A stretch of DNA of 64,000 bases from Elusimicrobiota bacterium (lineage in GTDB: Bacteria; Elusimicrobiota; Elusimicrobia; UBA1565; UBA9628), in contig JACPOW010000029.1 in the NCBI GenBank assembly GCA_016191335.1, positions 1,354-65,353 on the forward strand, in the 5' to 3' direction. Under the pieces are notes generated by a model, which saw only the letters and a list, made by a program, of their open reading frames with translations, had not been told where the DNA came from and did not search any database. Made by a program: the position numbers and the translations under genes. Shown in pieces: positions 26,596 through 34,787 of the stretch. Positions within the stretch are counted from its first letter, which is position 1. Each line of letters starts with the position of its first letter.

Positions 26596-27045
26596 ATGGG
26601 ACCGAGATACCGAGGCACGAAGACGGAGGTCCGGGCGCTGGCGGCGTTCGTCGCGCTGCAGCGCGCGGCGGAGTCCGTGATGGGCGCCACGCAGGAGGAG
26701 ATCGTCCGGGCCGGGCTGACGCAGAGCCAGTTCGGGGTCCTCGAGGCGCTGCTGCACCTGGGGCCGCTGTGCGCCAAGGACCTGGCGCGGAAGATCCTGC
26801 GCACGAAGGGCAACCTCACCCTCGTCATCGAGAACCTCGAGAAGGGGGGGCTCGTCGAGCGGACGGCGCGCGACGAGGACCGGCGCTTCCTCACGGTGGC
26901 GCTGACGAAGAAGGGCCGCCGCCTGGTCGCCGGGATGTTCCCGCGCCACGCGGGGACGATCGTGAAGGCGTTCCGGGTGCTGACGGCGGACGAGCAGGAG
27001 GAGCTGCGGCGGCTGTGCCGCAAACTCGGCAAGGCGCAGGGCTAA
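26596..27045 (+). CDS. MarR-family transcriptional regulator
   Basis: GLTQSQFGVLEAL, GNLTLVIENLEKGGLVER, DRR..VALTKKG. Confidence 0.92.
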   Translation: MGPRYRGTKTEVRALAAFVALQRAAESVMGATQEEIVRAGLTQSQFGVLEALLHLGPLCAKDLARKILRTKGNLTLVIENLEKGGLVERTARDEDRRFLTVALTKKGRRLVAGMFPRHAGTIVKAFRVLTADEQEELRRLCRKLGKAQG

Positions 27046-27055
27046 AGGAGGCGGT

Positions 27056-27781
27056 ATGAACAAGAGCGAAGGCTACATCGAGGTCCGGAAGGCGGGAGAC
27101 CGCTTCCACACTCAAATATCCTGGCTGAACGGGCGCCACAGCTTCAGCTTCGGGAGCCATTACGACCCGACGAACACCCATCACGGCCTGCTCCTCGTCA
27201 ACAACGAGGACTACATCGAGCCGATGAAGGGCTTCTCCACGCACCCGCACCAGGACATGGAGATCGTGACCTGGATGCTCGAGGGCGAGGTGGAGCACAA
27301 GGACTCGATGGGCAACGCGGGGATCATCTACCCCGGCCTGGCCCAGCGCATGAGCGCGGGCACGGGCATCTACCACTCGGAGATGAACTCCCGGGGGGAG
27401 GGCCGCGCGCACCTCGTGCAGATGTGGGTGCCGCCGGACACGGACCGGATCACGCCCGGCTACGAGCAGCTCGACATCACCTCGGAGCTGGCGAAAGGCG
27501 GGTTGGTCGCGCTCGCGTCCGGCAATAAGGACCTGGCGGCCATCCGCATCAAGCAGAAGGACGCGACCTTGTGGGTCGGCCGCCTGGCCCCGGGAAAGAC
27601 CGTCAAGGTCCCCGAGGCTTCGCACGTCCACCTGTTCGTCGGCAAGGGCTCCGGCACGCTCGCCGGCGCCGGCGAGCTGGGCCAGGGCGACGCCGCCCGC
27701 CTCGTGCGCGCCGGCAGCCCCGTCTGGACCGCCGGCCCGAAGGGCTCGGAAGTCCTCATCTGGCAGACAGAGGTCCGCTAA
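27056..27781 (+). CDS. Pirin-family protein (YhhW-like)
   Basis: HSFSFG..YDP, GFSTHPHQDMEI, HKDSMGN, MSAGTGIYHSEMN, QMW. Confidence 0.93.
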   Translation: MNKSEGYIEVRKAGDRFHTQISWLNGRHSFSFGSHYDPTNTHHGLLLVNNEDYIEPMKGFSTHPHQDMEIVTWMLEGEVEHKDSMGNAGIIYPGLAQRMSAGTGIYHSEMNSRGEGRAHLVQMWVPPDTDRITPGYEQLDITSELAKGGLVALASGNKDLAAIRIKQKDATLWVGRLAPGKTVKVPEASHVHLFVGKGSGTLAGAGELGQGDAARLVRAGSPVWTAGPKGSEVLIWQTEVR

Positions 27782-27785
27782 AGAC

Positions 27786-27843
27786 GGTGTCAGGCCTTTC
27801 GTTCTTTGCATAAAGTTATGCAAAGAACGAAAGGCCTGACACC
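27786..27843. repeat. 58-bp perfect palindrome (REP-like), 28-bp arms
   Basis: GGTGTCAGGCCTTTCGTTCTTTGCATAA-AG-TTATGCAAAGAACGAAAGGCCTGACACC. Confidence 0.92.
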
Positions 27844-27887
27844 AAGGGTCGAAAGCGGGGCCGGGCGATAAATGCCACAATGACGGG

Positions 27888-29891
27888 ATGAGAGGACGAG
27901 GACGCGGCGGATTCCACAGCCCCAAGGGCGGGAACAGAGGCGGGGGCAAGGGGTCCGGGGGCGGGCAGTTCCTCGAAGGGAAGCTCCAGCACAAGGGCCG
28001 CTTCGGCTTCCTGCTCTCCGAGGCCGTCGGCGTGGCGGACGTGTTCGTCAGCGGGCCCACCCTCAGCCTCGCCATGGACGGCGACCGCGTGAAGGTCCGC
28101 CTCGGCGGCGAGCGCAACGGCAAGCGCATGGGCGAGATCGTGTCGGTGATCACGCGCGCCCGCTCGGTGGCCGTCGGCTTCCTGCGCAAGGCCGGCAAGT
28201 ACTGGGCCGTCGTGCCCGAAGGCACCGACGAGTCCCAGGCGATCGTGGCCCTGGCCTTCGCGCCCGGCGTCTCTCCCGAGTCCGGCATGCTCGCCGCGAT
28301 CAAGATCGACCGCTGGCCCACCGAGACTGTGGTCGCGGGCGGGACGGTCACCCAGATCCTCGGCCGCGCCGAGGAGCCCAAGGTCCGCCTCGCGGCGACG
28401 CTCGCCCAGAAGGAGATCGACACCAAGTTCCCCGACGCCGTCGAGCGCGAGGCCGCGAAATTCGGCCTCGACCCGACGCCGGAGCAGTGGGCCGGGCGCA
28501 AGGAGCTGTTCCACCTCCCCGTCTTCACGATCGACGGCGCCGACGCGAAGGACTTCGACGACGCCGTCTCCCTCGAGGAGCTGCCCGGCGGCCGCTGGCG
28601 CCTGGGCGTGCACATCGCCGCCGTCGCCGAGTACGTCAAGCGCGGCTCGGCCGTCGACGCCGAGGCGGTCAAGCGCGCGACCAGCGTGTACCTGCCCGGC
28701 CGCGTCATCCCGATGCTGCCGCCCAACCTGTCCGACCATCTCTGCTCGCTGCGCCCCGACGTGCCGCGCCTGACCGTGACCTGCTGGCTCGAGCTCGACG
28801 AGCACGGCGCCCCCGGGAAGGTCGAGCTCGAGGAGACCGTCATCCGCTCCTGCCGGCGCTTCACGTACGAGGAAGTCCAGGACGTCGTCGACGGCAAGCC
28901 CGTCGAGCGCGTGACGCCGGAAGTGAAGGCCGTCGTCCTCAAGATGGGCAAGCTCGCCAAGATGCTCACGAAGGTCCGCATGCGCCGCGGCGCCCTCGAT
29001 TTCATGACGACGGAGTACTACGTCAAGATGGACGAGAAGGGCGAGCCGCTGGTCGTGCTCAAGCGCCCGCGCCTGGACAGCCACCGCCTCATCGAGGAGT
29101 TCATGGTCGCGGCCAACGAGGCCGTCGCCCGCACCTTGTCGAAGTCGAAGACCCCCTTCATGCGCCGCCTGCACGAGACGCCCGACCCCGTCCGCCTCCA
29201 GGCCCTGCAGGAGGAGATGGGCCAGCTCGGCATCGTCGCCAAGACCTCGCTCGTGGCGCACCCGGTCGAGGGGCTGCAGAGCCTGCTCGCCGCCGCCGTC
29301 GGCCACCCGTTCGAGGAGACCGCGAACATCCAGGTCATCCGCAGCCTGAAGCAGGCGCGCTACTCCGCCGAGGCGGGCGGCCACTTCGGCCTCGCGTCGA
29401 AGGACTACTGCCACTTCACCTCGCCGATCCGCCGGTACCCCGACCTCGTCGTCCACCGGGCCGTCAAAGGCCTGCTCAAGGGGGACAAGACGAGCCACGT
29501 GTCCGGCATCGACCTCGAGGGCCTGGCCGTGCATTGCTCCGAGCGCGAGCGCGGCGCCGCCGAGGCCGAGCGCAAGGCCGTGGACATGGCCCGCGCCGCC
29601 ATCCTCGGCCGCTCCATCGGGGAGATCTTCGACGGCGTCGTCGTCAACGTCACCACCGCGGGCGCCTTCGTGTCCCTGTCCGAGTCCGGCGCCGTCGGCC
29701 TGTGGCGCGGCGCCAACGCGACGGTCGGCCAGAAGCTCAAGGTGAAGCTCACCGGCGTCGACGAGGCCATGGGCCGCATCGAGCTGGAGCCCGTCAAGGA
29801 CTCTTTGCCCAACCAGATCCGCGTCACGCCCTGGCAGAACAAGCACAAGCCCGCCAAGCCCTCCCCCTGGCAGAAGCGCCGCCGCCGCTAG
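27888..29891 (+). CDS. rnr: Ribonuclease R (RNB family)
   Basis: FTIDGADAKDFDDA, LIEEFMVAAN, HFGLA, HFTSPIRRYPDLVVHR; N-terminal CSD and C-terminal S1. Confidence 0.93.
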   Translation: MRGRGRGGFHSPKGGNRGGGKGSGGGQFLEGKLQHKGRFGFLLSEAVGVADVFVSGPTLSLAMDGDRVKVRLGGERNGKRMGEIVSVITRARSVAVGFLRKAGKYWAVVPEGTDESQAIVALAFAPGVSPESGMLAAIKIDRWPTETVVAGGTVTQILGRAEEPKVRLAATLAQKEIDTKFPDAVEREAAKFGLDPTPEQWAGRKELFHLPVFTIDGADAKDFDDAVSLEELPGGRWRLGVHIAAVAEYVKRGSAVDAEAVKRATSVYLPGRVIPMLPPNLSDHLCSLRPDVPRLTVTCWLELDEHGAPGKVELEETVIRSCRRFTYEEVQDVVDGKPVERVTPEVKAVVLKMGKLAKMLTKVRMRRGALDFMTTEYYVKMDEKGEPLVVLKRPRLDSHRLIEEFMVAANEAVARTLSKSKTPFMRRLHETPDPVRLQALQEEMGQLGIVAKTSLVAHPVEGLQSLLAAAVGHPFEETANIQVIRSLKQARYSAEAGGHFGLASKDYCHFTSPIRRYPDLVVHRAVKGLLKGDKTSHVSGIDLEGLAVHCSERERGAAEAERKAVDMARAAILGRSIGEIFDGVVVNVTTAGAFVSLSESGAVGLWRGANATVGQKLKVKLTGVDEAMGRIELEPVKDSLPNQIRVTPWQNKHKPAKPSPWQKRRRR

Positions 29892-29912
29892 CCGCCCCCG
29901 GCGTCTTTTTTG

Positions 29913-29970
29913 GGGGTCAGGCACGCAAATTCGTCATCGGAGAATTCGACGAATTTGCGTGCCTGACCCC
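29913..29970. repeat. 58-bp palindrome (REP-like), 23-bp arms
   Basis: GGGGTCAGGCACGCAAATTCGTC-12 nt-GACGAATTTGCGTGCCTGACCCC. Confidence 0.88.
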
Positions 29971-30074
29971 ATTTGGCGGCGCAAGTGACGCTAGTTACGA
30001 GTTCCTGAAATAGCGTCGTAACAGGCCGCGGGCATACTCCCGATGTCGGCCCCCTCCGACGGGAGTACACCGAG

Positions 30075-30278
30075 ATGAACATCATGATGGTCGCGGCGGT
30101 CGCCGGTCATGGGAACAATCCAGGGCTGCCGTGCCAGGAGAGCGGGCTGTTCTGCCTGTTCCTGGCGATCGCGGGTCTGATGCTGCTCACCGCCGCCGCT
30201 TGGATGGTCCGCCGCGAAGGCTCGCGCAACGACGCGGTGCGCTACGCGCGCTCACACCGCCGCACGAACGGCCTTTAG
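30075..30278 (+). CDS. Possible small membrane protein
   Basis: 67-aa ORF with one TM; overlaps the umuC 3' end by 27 nt. Confidence 0.4.
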   Translation: MNIMMVAAVAGHGNNPGLPCQESGLFCLFLAIAGLMLLTAAAWMVRREGSRNDAVRYARSHRRTNGL

Positions 30279-31499
30279 GTCCTCCCACCGGGTCGTCCAG
30301 CAGGGGGACCGGCTCTCGCAGCGCGAGCCCCAGGCCGTCGAGGACTTCTCCCCGCCGTAGCGCAGGGCGCCCGCGCCGAGCGCGGCGTTGAGCCGGTCGA
30401 CGGTCTTCGAGAGGCGCGCCGACTTCTCCACGGACCCGTCGTCGAAGAACTCGCTTTGCGCGGTGTCCGCGGCCTCCAGGCCGCCCAGGACGATGCCCGC
30501 CTTCTTGTAGGCGCGCCCCTCGACGAAGAGCTTGTCGGCCAGCGCCTTGGCGGCGCGGATCAAGGTCGGGCTGTCGTTGGTGGGGGAGAGGCGCACGCTC
30601 TCGCCGTCCATGACCGGGCGGTCGTCCTCGCGCCAGCCGAAGTGGACGCCGAGCTCCCCGGCGCGCAGGCCGTGGCGGCGCGCGCGCTCCGCGGCGCGGG
30701 CGGCGAAGGTGCCGAGCGCGGACTGCAGGGCGTCGAGCGAGTAGACCGGCTTGCCGAACGAACGGGAGACGGTCACCGATTGGCGCGCGGCGGGCGCGTC
30801 AGCCAAGGTCAGGCAGGAGATGCCGCGCAGCTCGTGGGCGAGCTTGAGGCCGCCGATGCCGAGCGCGCTCTGGATCTGGGCGTCGCGCATCCGGGTGAAG
30901 TCCCCCGCGGTGCGCACGCCGTAGGGGGCGAGGCGCAGGGCGGAGCGCTTGGCGATGCCCCAGATGTGAGTGACGGGCGTCTCATCCAGGAGCTGTTCTC
31001 TCAAGACCGGATCGAGCAAGGACAGGACGCCGCCGAGCTTCTTGGCCTTGTCGGAGCCGAGCTTGGCCAGGGCCTTCGTCGGGGCCAGGCCGACGGCCAC
31101 GGGCAGGCCGGTCCAGCGGCGCACCTCGGCGCGCAGCGCGCGGGCGCGCTCCTCGAGGAGCGTGTCGTCGGGGAAGGTGAGGAAGGACTCGTCGACGGAG
31201 TAGTTCTCCACGACGGGCGCGTGGCGGGAGAGGACGGCGGAGACGCGCCGCGACATGTCCACGTACAGCTCATGGTTGGCCGACAGCGAGACGATCCCGT
31301 GCTCGGCGACGAGGGCGCGGATCTCGAAGAACGGCGCCGCCATGCCGACGCCGAGCGCCTTGGCCTCCTCCGAGCGGGAGATCACGCAGCCGTCGTTGTT
31401 GGAGAGCACGACGACGGGGCGCCCCTCGAGCTCGGGGCGGAAGGCGCGCTCGCAGGAGACGAAGAAGTTGTTGCAGTCGACGAGGGCGAAGGCGGGCAT
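30252..31499 (-). CDS. umuC: Y-family DNA polymerase V catalytic subunit
   Basis: FALVDCNNFFVSCER, VVVLSNNDGCVISRS, YSVDESF, PTKALAK, SRSFG, YKKAGI, SPCWTTRW. Confidence 0.93.
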   Translation of the reverse strand: MPAFALVDCNNFFVSCERAFRPELEGRPVVVLSNNDGCVISRSEEAKALGVGMAAPFFEIRALVAEHGIVSLSANHELYVDMSRRVSAVLSRHAPVVENYSVDESFLTFPDDTLLEERARALRAEVRRWTGLPVAVGLAPTKALAKLGSDKAKKLGGVLSLLDPVLREQLLDETPVTHIWGIAKRSALRLAPYGVRTAGDFTRMRDAQIQSALGIGGLKLAHELRGISCLTLADAPAARQSVTVSRSFGKPVYSLDALQSALGTFAARAAERARRHGLRAGELGVHFGWREDDRPVMDGESVRLSPTNDSPTLIRAAKALADKLFVEGRAYKKAGIVLGGLEAADTAQSEFFDDGSVEKSARLSKTVDRLNAALGAGALRYGGEKSSTAWGSRCESRSPCWTTRWEDLKAVRAAV

Positions 31500-31501
31500 C
31501 G

Positions 31502-31792
31502 CTACGGCGCGCGCACGACGAAGGTCACCACGCCCCAGATCTCGAGGCCGTCGTCCTCGCGCCAGCCGGGCGGCAGGCGCCGGGTCAGCAGCTCGCCGCG
31601 GACCACGGCCACGACCACGCGCCCGGGGGAGGGCGGCTCGGCGCGGTCGACGATCAGCAGGTCGCCGTCCTTGACGTCCGCGTCGGGGGCCGAGCCCGCG
31701 GCGCGCAGGAAGAAGGTGGCCGCCGGCCGCTTGATGAGGCGGTCGTCGAGCTTGAGGCCGACGTCGTCGTAGTCCTCGCTGGCGACGAACAT
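31502..31792 (-). CDS. umuD: UmuD-like subunit (96 aa), lacking the N-terminal arm and catalytic dyad
   Basis: EDY...LDDRLIKRPAATFFLRA, DGDLLIVDRA, VVVAVVRGE, IWGVVTFVV; directly upstream of umuC. Confidence 0.8.
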   Translation of the reverse strand: MFVASEDYDDVGLKLDDRLIKRPAATFFLRAAGSAPDADVKDGDLLIVDRAEPPSPGRVVVAVVRGELLTRRLPPGWREDDGLEIWGVVTFVVRAP

Positions 31793-31799
31793 GGGACTT

Positions 31800-31828
31800 A
31801 GTATAGTCGAACACTCGTTCGAACGCAA
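31800..31828 (-). promoter_or_regulatory. umuDC promoter with LexA-type SOS box in the spacer
   Basis: Minus strand TTGCGT-17-TATACT; palindrome TCGAAC-ACTC-GTTCGA at 31807-31822. Confidence 0.85.
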
Positions 31829-31846
31829 GGGGCGGGGGAAAAGAAG

Positions 31847-31872
31847 AAGGGCCTCGCTCGCGCGAGGCCCTT
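31847..31872 (-). terminator. Intrinsic terminator
   Basis: AAGGGCCTCGC-4-GCGAGGCCCTT, followed on the minus strand by CTTCTTTT. Confidence 0.75.
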
Positions 31873-31892
31873 TCGTCTTGAACGGCTAAGGC

Positions 31893-32444
31893 TTAATAGG
31901 CGCCGATCTCGCTCTCGAGGTCCTGCTCGGGCAGGCTCTGGTGGCGGTCGGAGCGCACGGGGGACTTCTCGGCGGGCTGGCGGCGGCCGTCGAAGAGGTT
32001 GTCCAGGGCGTCGCGCTCGGCGGCCTTGTCCTTGGGCGCGTCGCTCTTGGCCGGCGCGGCGAGCTGGGCGCGGAGGGCGGGGTAGGGGAGGACGCCTTCG
32101 TGCGCGTTGAGCTTCCACATGTGCTCGGGGATCGCGGAGATGGGCAGCGAGGGCATCGTGGGGGTGATGACGGGGATGATCGGGTTCGGGATCTGGGCCG
32201 GGACCGGGGTCTGCGCCGGGGTCGGGGCGGGGGCGGCCGCGAGCACGATGGACGGGGCCAGCAGGGGCGCCGGGAGGCTGATGCGCGGGCTGATCACGAT
32301 GTTGGGGACCGGGCCGGGGAGGTTGACGCCGGTGCCGATGTAGATGTTGCCGCGGCCGCCGGGGAGGATCGAGGTCACCTGGGCCGAGGCCGAGGTCGCG
32401 AGGATCAGGGAGAGAGTGGCGAAGAAAGTCGTCTTGGTGTTCAT
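31893..32444 (-). CDS. Secreted Pro-rich hypothetical protein
   Basis: Signal peptide MNTKTTFF...ASA; Pro/Ala linker; LDNLFDG near the C-terminus. Confidence 0.7.
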   Translation of the reverse strand: MNTKTTFFATLSLILATSASAQVTSILPGGRGNIYIGTGVNLPGPVPNIVISPRISLPAPLLAPSIVLAAAPAPTPAQTPVPAQIPNPIIPVITPTMPSLPISAIPEHMWKLNAHEGVLPYPALRAQLAAPAKSDAPKDKAAERDALDNLFDGRRQPAEKSPVRSDRHQSLPEQDLESEIGAY

Positions 32445-32569
32445 TGCCCCTACAGTATACGGGGCGCGGCGGAAAACGCCGATGAGAACGGTCAACCTAT
32501 GTAATTGATGTTGGTCAAACGCAATTATGCTGTAAAAACAACACAAAAAATAAATATTGCCCGAAGGAC

Positions 32570-33028
32570 CTAGAAGGTTTCGGTGTCCAAAACGATGGTC
32601 ACCGGCCCGTCGTTGACCGACTCGACCGCCATGGAGGCGCCGAATTCGCCGGTGCGCACGGTCAAGCCCGCGGCGGAGAAGAGCTCCACGGCGCGGCGAT
32701 AGAGCGGCTCGGCCTTGTCCGGGCGCGCGGCGGAGGTGAAGTCGGGGCGCCGGCCGCCCTTGAGCGAGGCGCATAAGGTGAACTGGGAGACGAGAAGGAT
32801 CTCGCCTTTGACGTCCATCACGGACTTGTCGAACTTGCCCTCGTCGTTAGGGAAGACGCGCAGGACGAGGATCTTGTCCACGAGTTTTTTGAGCGCGGCT
32901 TCGTCGTCCTCGACGCCGACGCCCAACAGGACGAGAAAGCCCGGACCGGTCGAACGGCGGTCGCCCGAGCGGGCTCCGTCGCGGATGAGGACGGAAGCGG
33001 ACAAAACGCGGGTAACGACGCATTTCAT
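32570..33028 (-). CDS. dtd: D-aminoacyl-tRNA deacylase
   Basis: LRVF, LVSQFTL, GRRPDF, GEFGA, NDGPVT. Confidence 0.95.
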   Translation of the reverse strand: MKCVVTRVLSASVLIRDGARSGDRRSTGPGFLVLLGVGVEDDEAALKKLVDKILVLRVFPNDEGKFDKSVMDVKGEILLVSQFTLCASLKGGRRPDFTSAARPDKAEPLYRRAVELFSAAGLTVRTGEFGASMAVESVNDGPVTIVLDTETF

Positions 33029-33048
33029 GAGCTATAGTTTACCCTCTT

Positions 33049-33588
33049 ATGCGCTTGTTTATCGCCGTCGCCGCGGATGAGGAGGTCAAGTCGGCCGCCG
33101 CCGCGGCCGTCGCGCGCCTGCGGCGGGCCGGCGGGAGCTTCCGCTGGGTGGACCCGCGCGACATGCACACGACCTTGCGCTGGTTCGGCGCGGTGGACGA
33201 AAGCCGTCTGCCCGAGATCCAGGAGCTGATGACGCGCGCCGCCGCGGCGACCGCGCCGTTCGAGGTCGTGTACGGCGCCGTGGACGCGTTCGACTCGCAC
33301 GAGGAGGCGCGCGTGGTCTGGATCGGCCTGACCGAGGGCAAGGAGCCGATGGAGAGGCTCGCGGGCCTGCTGCTGCGCGACGAGCCGCGGCCCTACTCGC
33401 CGCACCTCACCTTGGGCCGCAACCGGGACGACGCCGCCCCTCCCGGGTTCGTCGCCGCCCTCAAGGCGGAGCCCGTCCTGGGGATGCGCCGCCCGGTGAC
33501 GAAGATCAGCCTGTACGCGAGCAAGCCCGCGCCCTTCGGCCACGCCTACGAGATCCTCTTCGAGGCCGACCTGACCGGCGCCGCTTAG
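33049..33588 (+). CDS. thpR: RNA 2',3'-cyclic phosphodiesterase (2H family)
   Basis: MRLFIAV; two HxT motifs (HTTL, PHLTLGR). Confidence 0.9.
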   Translation: MRLFIAVAADEEVKSAAAAAVARLRRAGGSFRWVDPRDMHTTLRWFGAVDESRLPEIQELMTRAAAATAPFEVVYGAVDAFDSHEEARVVWIGLTEGKEPMERLAGLLLRDEPRPYSPHLTLGRNRDDAAPPGFVAALKAEPVLGMRRPVTKISLYASKPAPFGHAYEILFEADLTGAA

Positions 33589-34784
33589 TTCGGCGGCGTG
33601 TCCGTCGCCGGCTCGACCTCGGGGATGGTCGGGATGAGGCTCTCCAGGTTGGAGTTCCCCGGAGCCGCGGCCGTCGAGGACCGCATCGGCGTGCCCGGTC
33701 CGGATTTCGGCGCCGAGCCGCTCGAGCCCGCGGGCGAGCCCGACGAGCCGCCGCCGCCCCCGCCGCCCGCGGCCTGCGTGGTGGTCCCGCGCAGGAGCTC
33801 GGGGTGGTTGATGACCTCCTTCCAGCTGCACACCGGCGAGATGTTCGAGCAGGCCCCGACCCAGCCGTTGCCGTAGGCCCAGGCGAGGAAGGGGTTGACG
33901 GGCTGGACCTCGACGCTGCCGTTGCCCTTGTAGGTCCAGCGCGGGCCGATCTTGCCTTCGCGGTTCCTGCCCAGGACCTCGCCTTCGCAGGTCACGCGCA
34001 TCGGGTCGCCCTCGGGGCGCAGCGGGCAGCAGCCGCGGCCGGAGAAGCCGATCGCGGAGCAGTAGCTCCCGGAGCAGACGATCGGCGTGGAGTCCACGAC
34101 GCGGCGGTTCTTGTTTCCGCCCATCAGGTTGAGATTGATGTGATGCAGCCCCGGCGGCTTGGGCCAGCAGCCGGTGGTGCCGGGGGGCGGCGTGAGGGCC
34201 GGGTCCGCGCCGGGGGCGGCGGAGGTCGCGGGCGAGGGCTGCCCCGTGTAGCCGGCGGGCGGGACGTAGGGCTTCTCGAAGCCCTTGGGCGCGGGGTGGC
34301 CGCCGTCGTAGGCGTTCCACTGCCAGCGGGGCTTGCCGTCGGCGCCGTCGACGACCGTGACGTAGCCGCCGTTGCCGGCGAGGTCGGTGCTGCCGTCCTG
34401 GCCGCGACGGGCGTTGTCCTGGCCCAGGGCCTGCTCGATGAGCTTCTGGTTCTCGGGCGTGGGCGGCAGGGACTGGGCCAGGCGCGCGAACTCGCTCTTG
34501 GGCGAGCCGGGCAAGGTGCTTCCGTCGGGGGCGAACCCGGAGAGGAGGCCCGCGAAGGCGTCCTTCTCGTAGCCGTCGCCCTTCTGGATGAGCGCGTCGG
34601 CCATCTTGGCGCGGGCCGCCGCGGCGCTCGCCGCCGCGTTCGAGCCCTTGGCGTCCGCGGCGATCTTGTCGGCGTCGAGCGCCGGGCCGCAGCCGCCCAT
34701 GCCGCCCCCGATGCCCCCGCCGCAGGCCATCGCGGCGAACGCGAAGGCCAGGAGGACGGCGCGGCGCGGGTCGGGGACGGTCAT
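33585..34784 (-). CDS. Putative lipoprotein with Cys-rich domain (paralog of the adjacent gene)
   Basis: Lipobox-like AMAC; domain LHHINLNLMGGN..VDSTPIVCS..CCP.RPEG.PMRV.CE..NPFLA.AYG..ACSN..VC. Confidence 0.72.
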   Translation of the reverse strand: MTVPDPRRAVLLAFAFAAMACGGGIGGGMGGCGPALDADKIAADAKGSNAAASAAAARAKMADALIQKGDGYEKDAFAGLLSGFAPDGSTLPGSPKSEFARLAQSLPPTPENQKLIEQALGQDNARRGQDGSTDLAGNGGYVTVVDGADGKPRWQWNAYDGGHPAPKGFEKPYVPPAGYTGQPSPATSAAPGADPALTPPPGTTGCWPKPPGLHHINLNLMGGNKNRRVVDSTPIVCSGSYCSAIGFSGRGCCPLRPEGDPMRVTCEGEVLGRNREGKIGPRWTYKGNGSVEVQPVNPFLAWAYGNGWVGACSNISPVCSWKEVINHPELLRGTTTQAAGGGGGGGSSGSPAGSSGSAPKSGPGTPMRSSTAAAPGNSNLESLIPTIPEVEPATDTPPN

Positions 34785-34787
34785 GGA

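Noticed and set aside
29995-30067. Hairpins before the 67-aa ORF as a riboswitch
   Set aside because: Stems exist (TACTCCC..GTCGG/CCGAC GGGAGTA) but I see no recognisable aptamer consensus and the ORF itself is doubtful.
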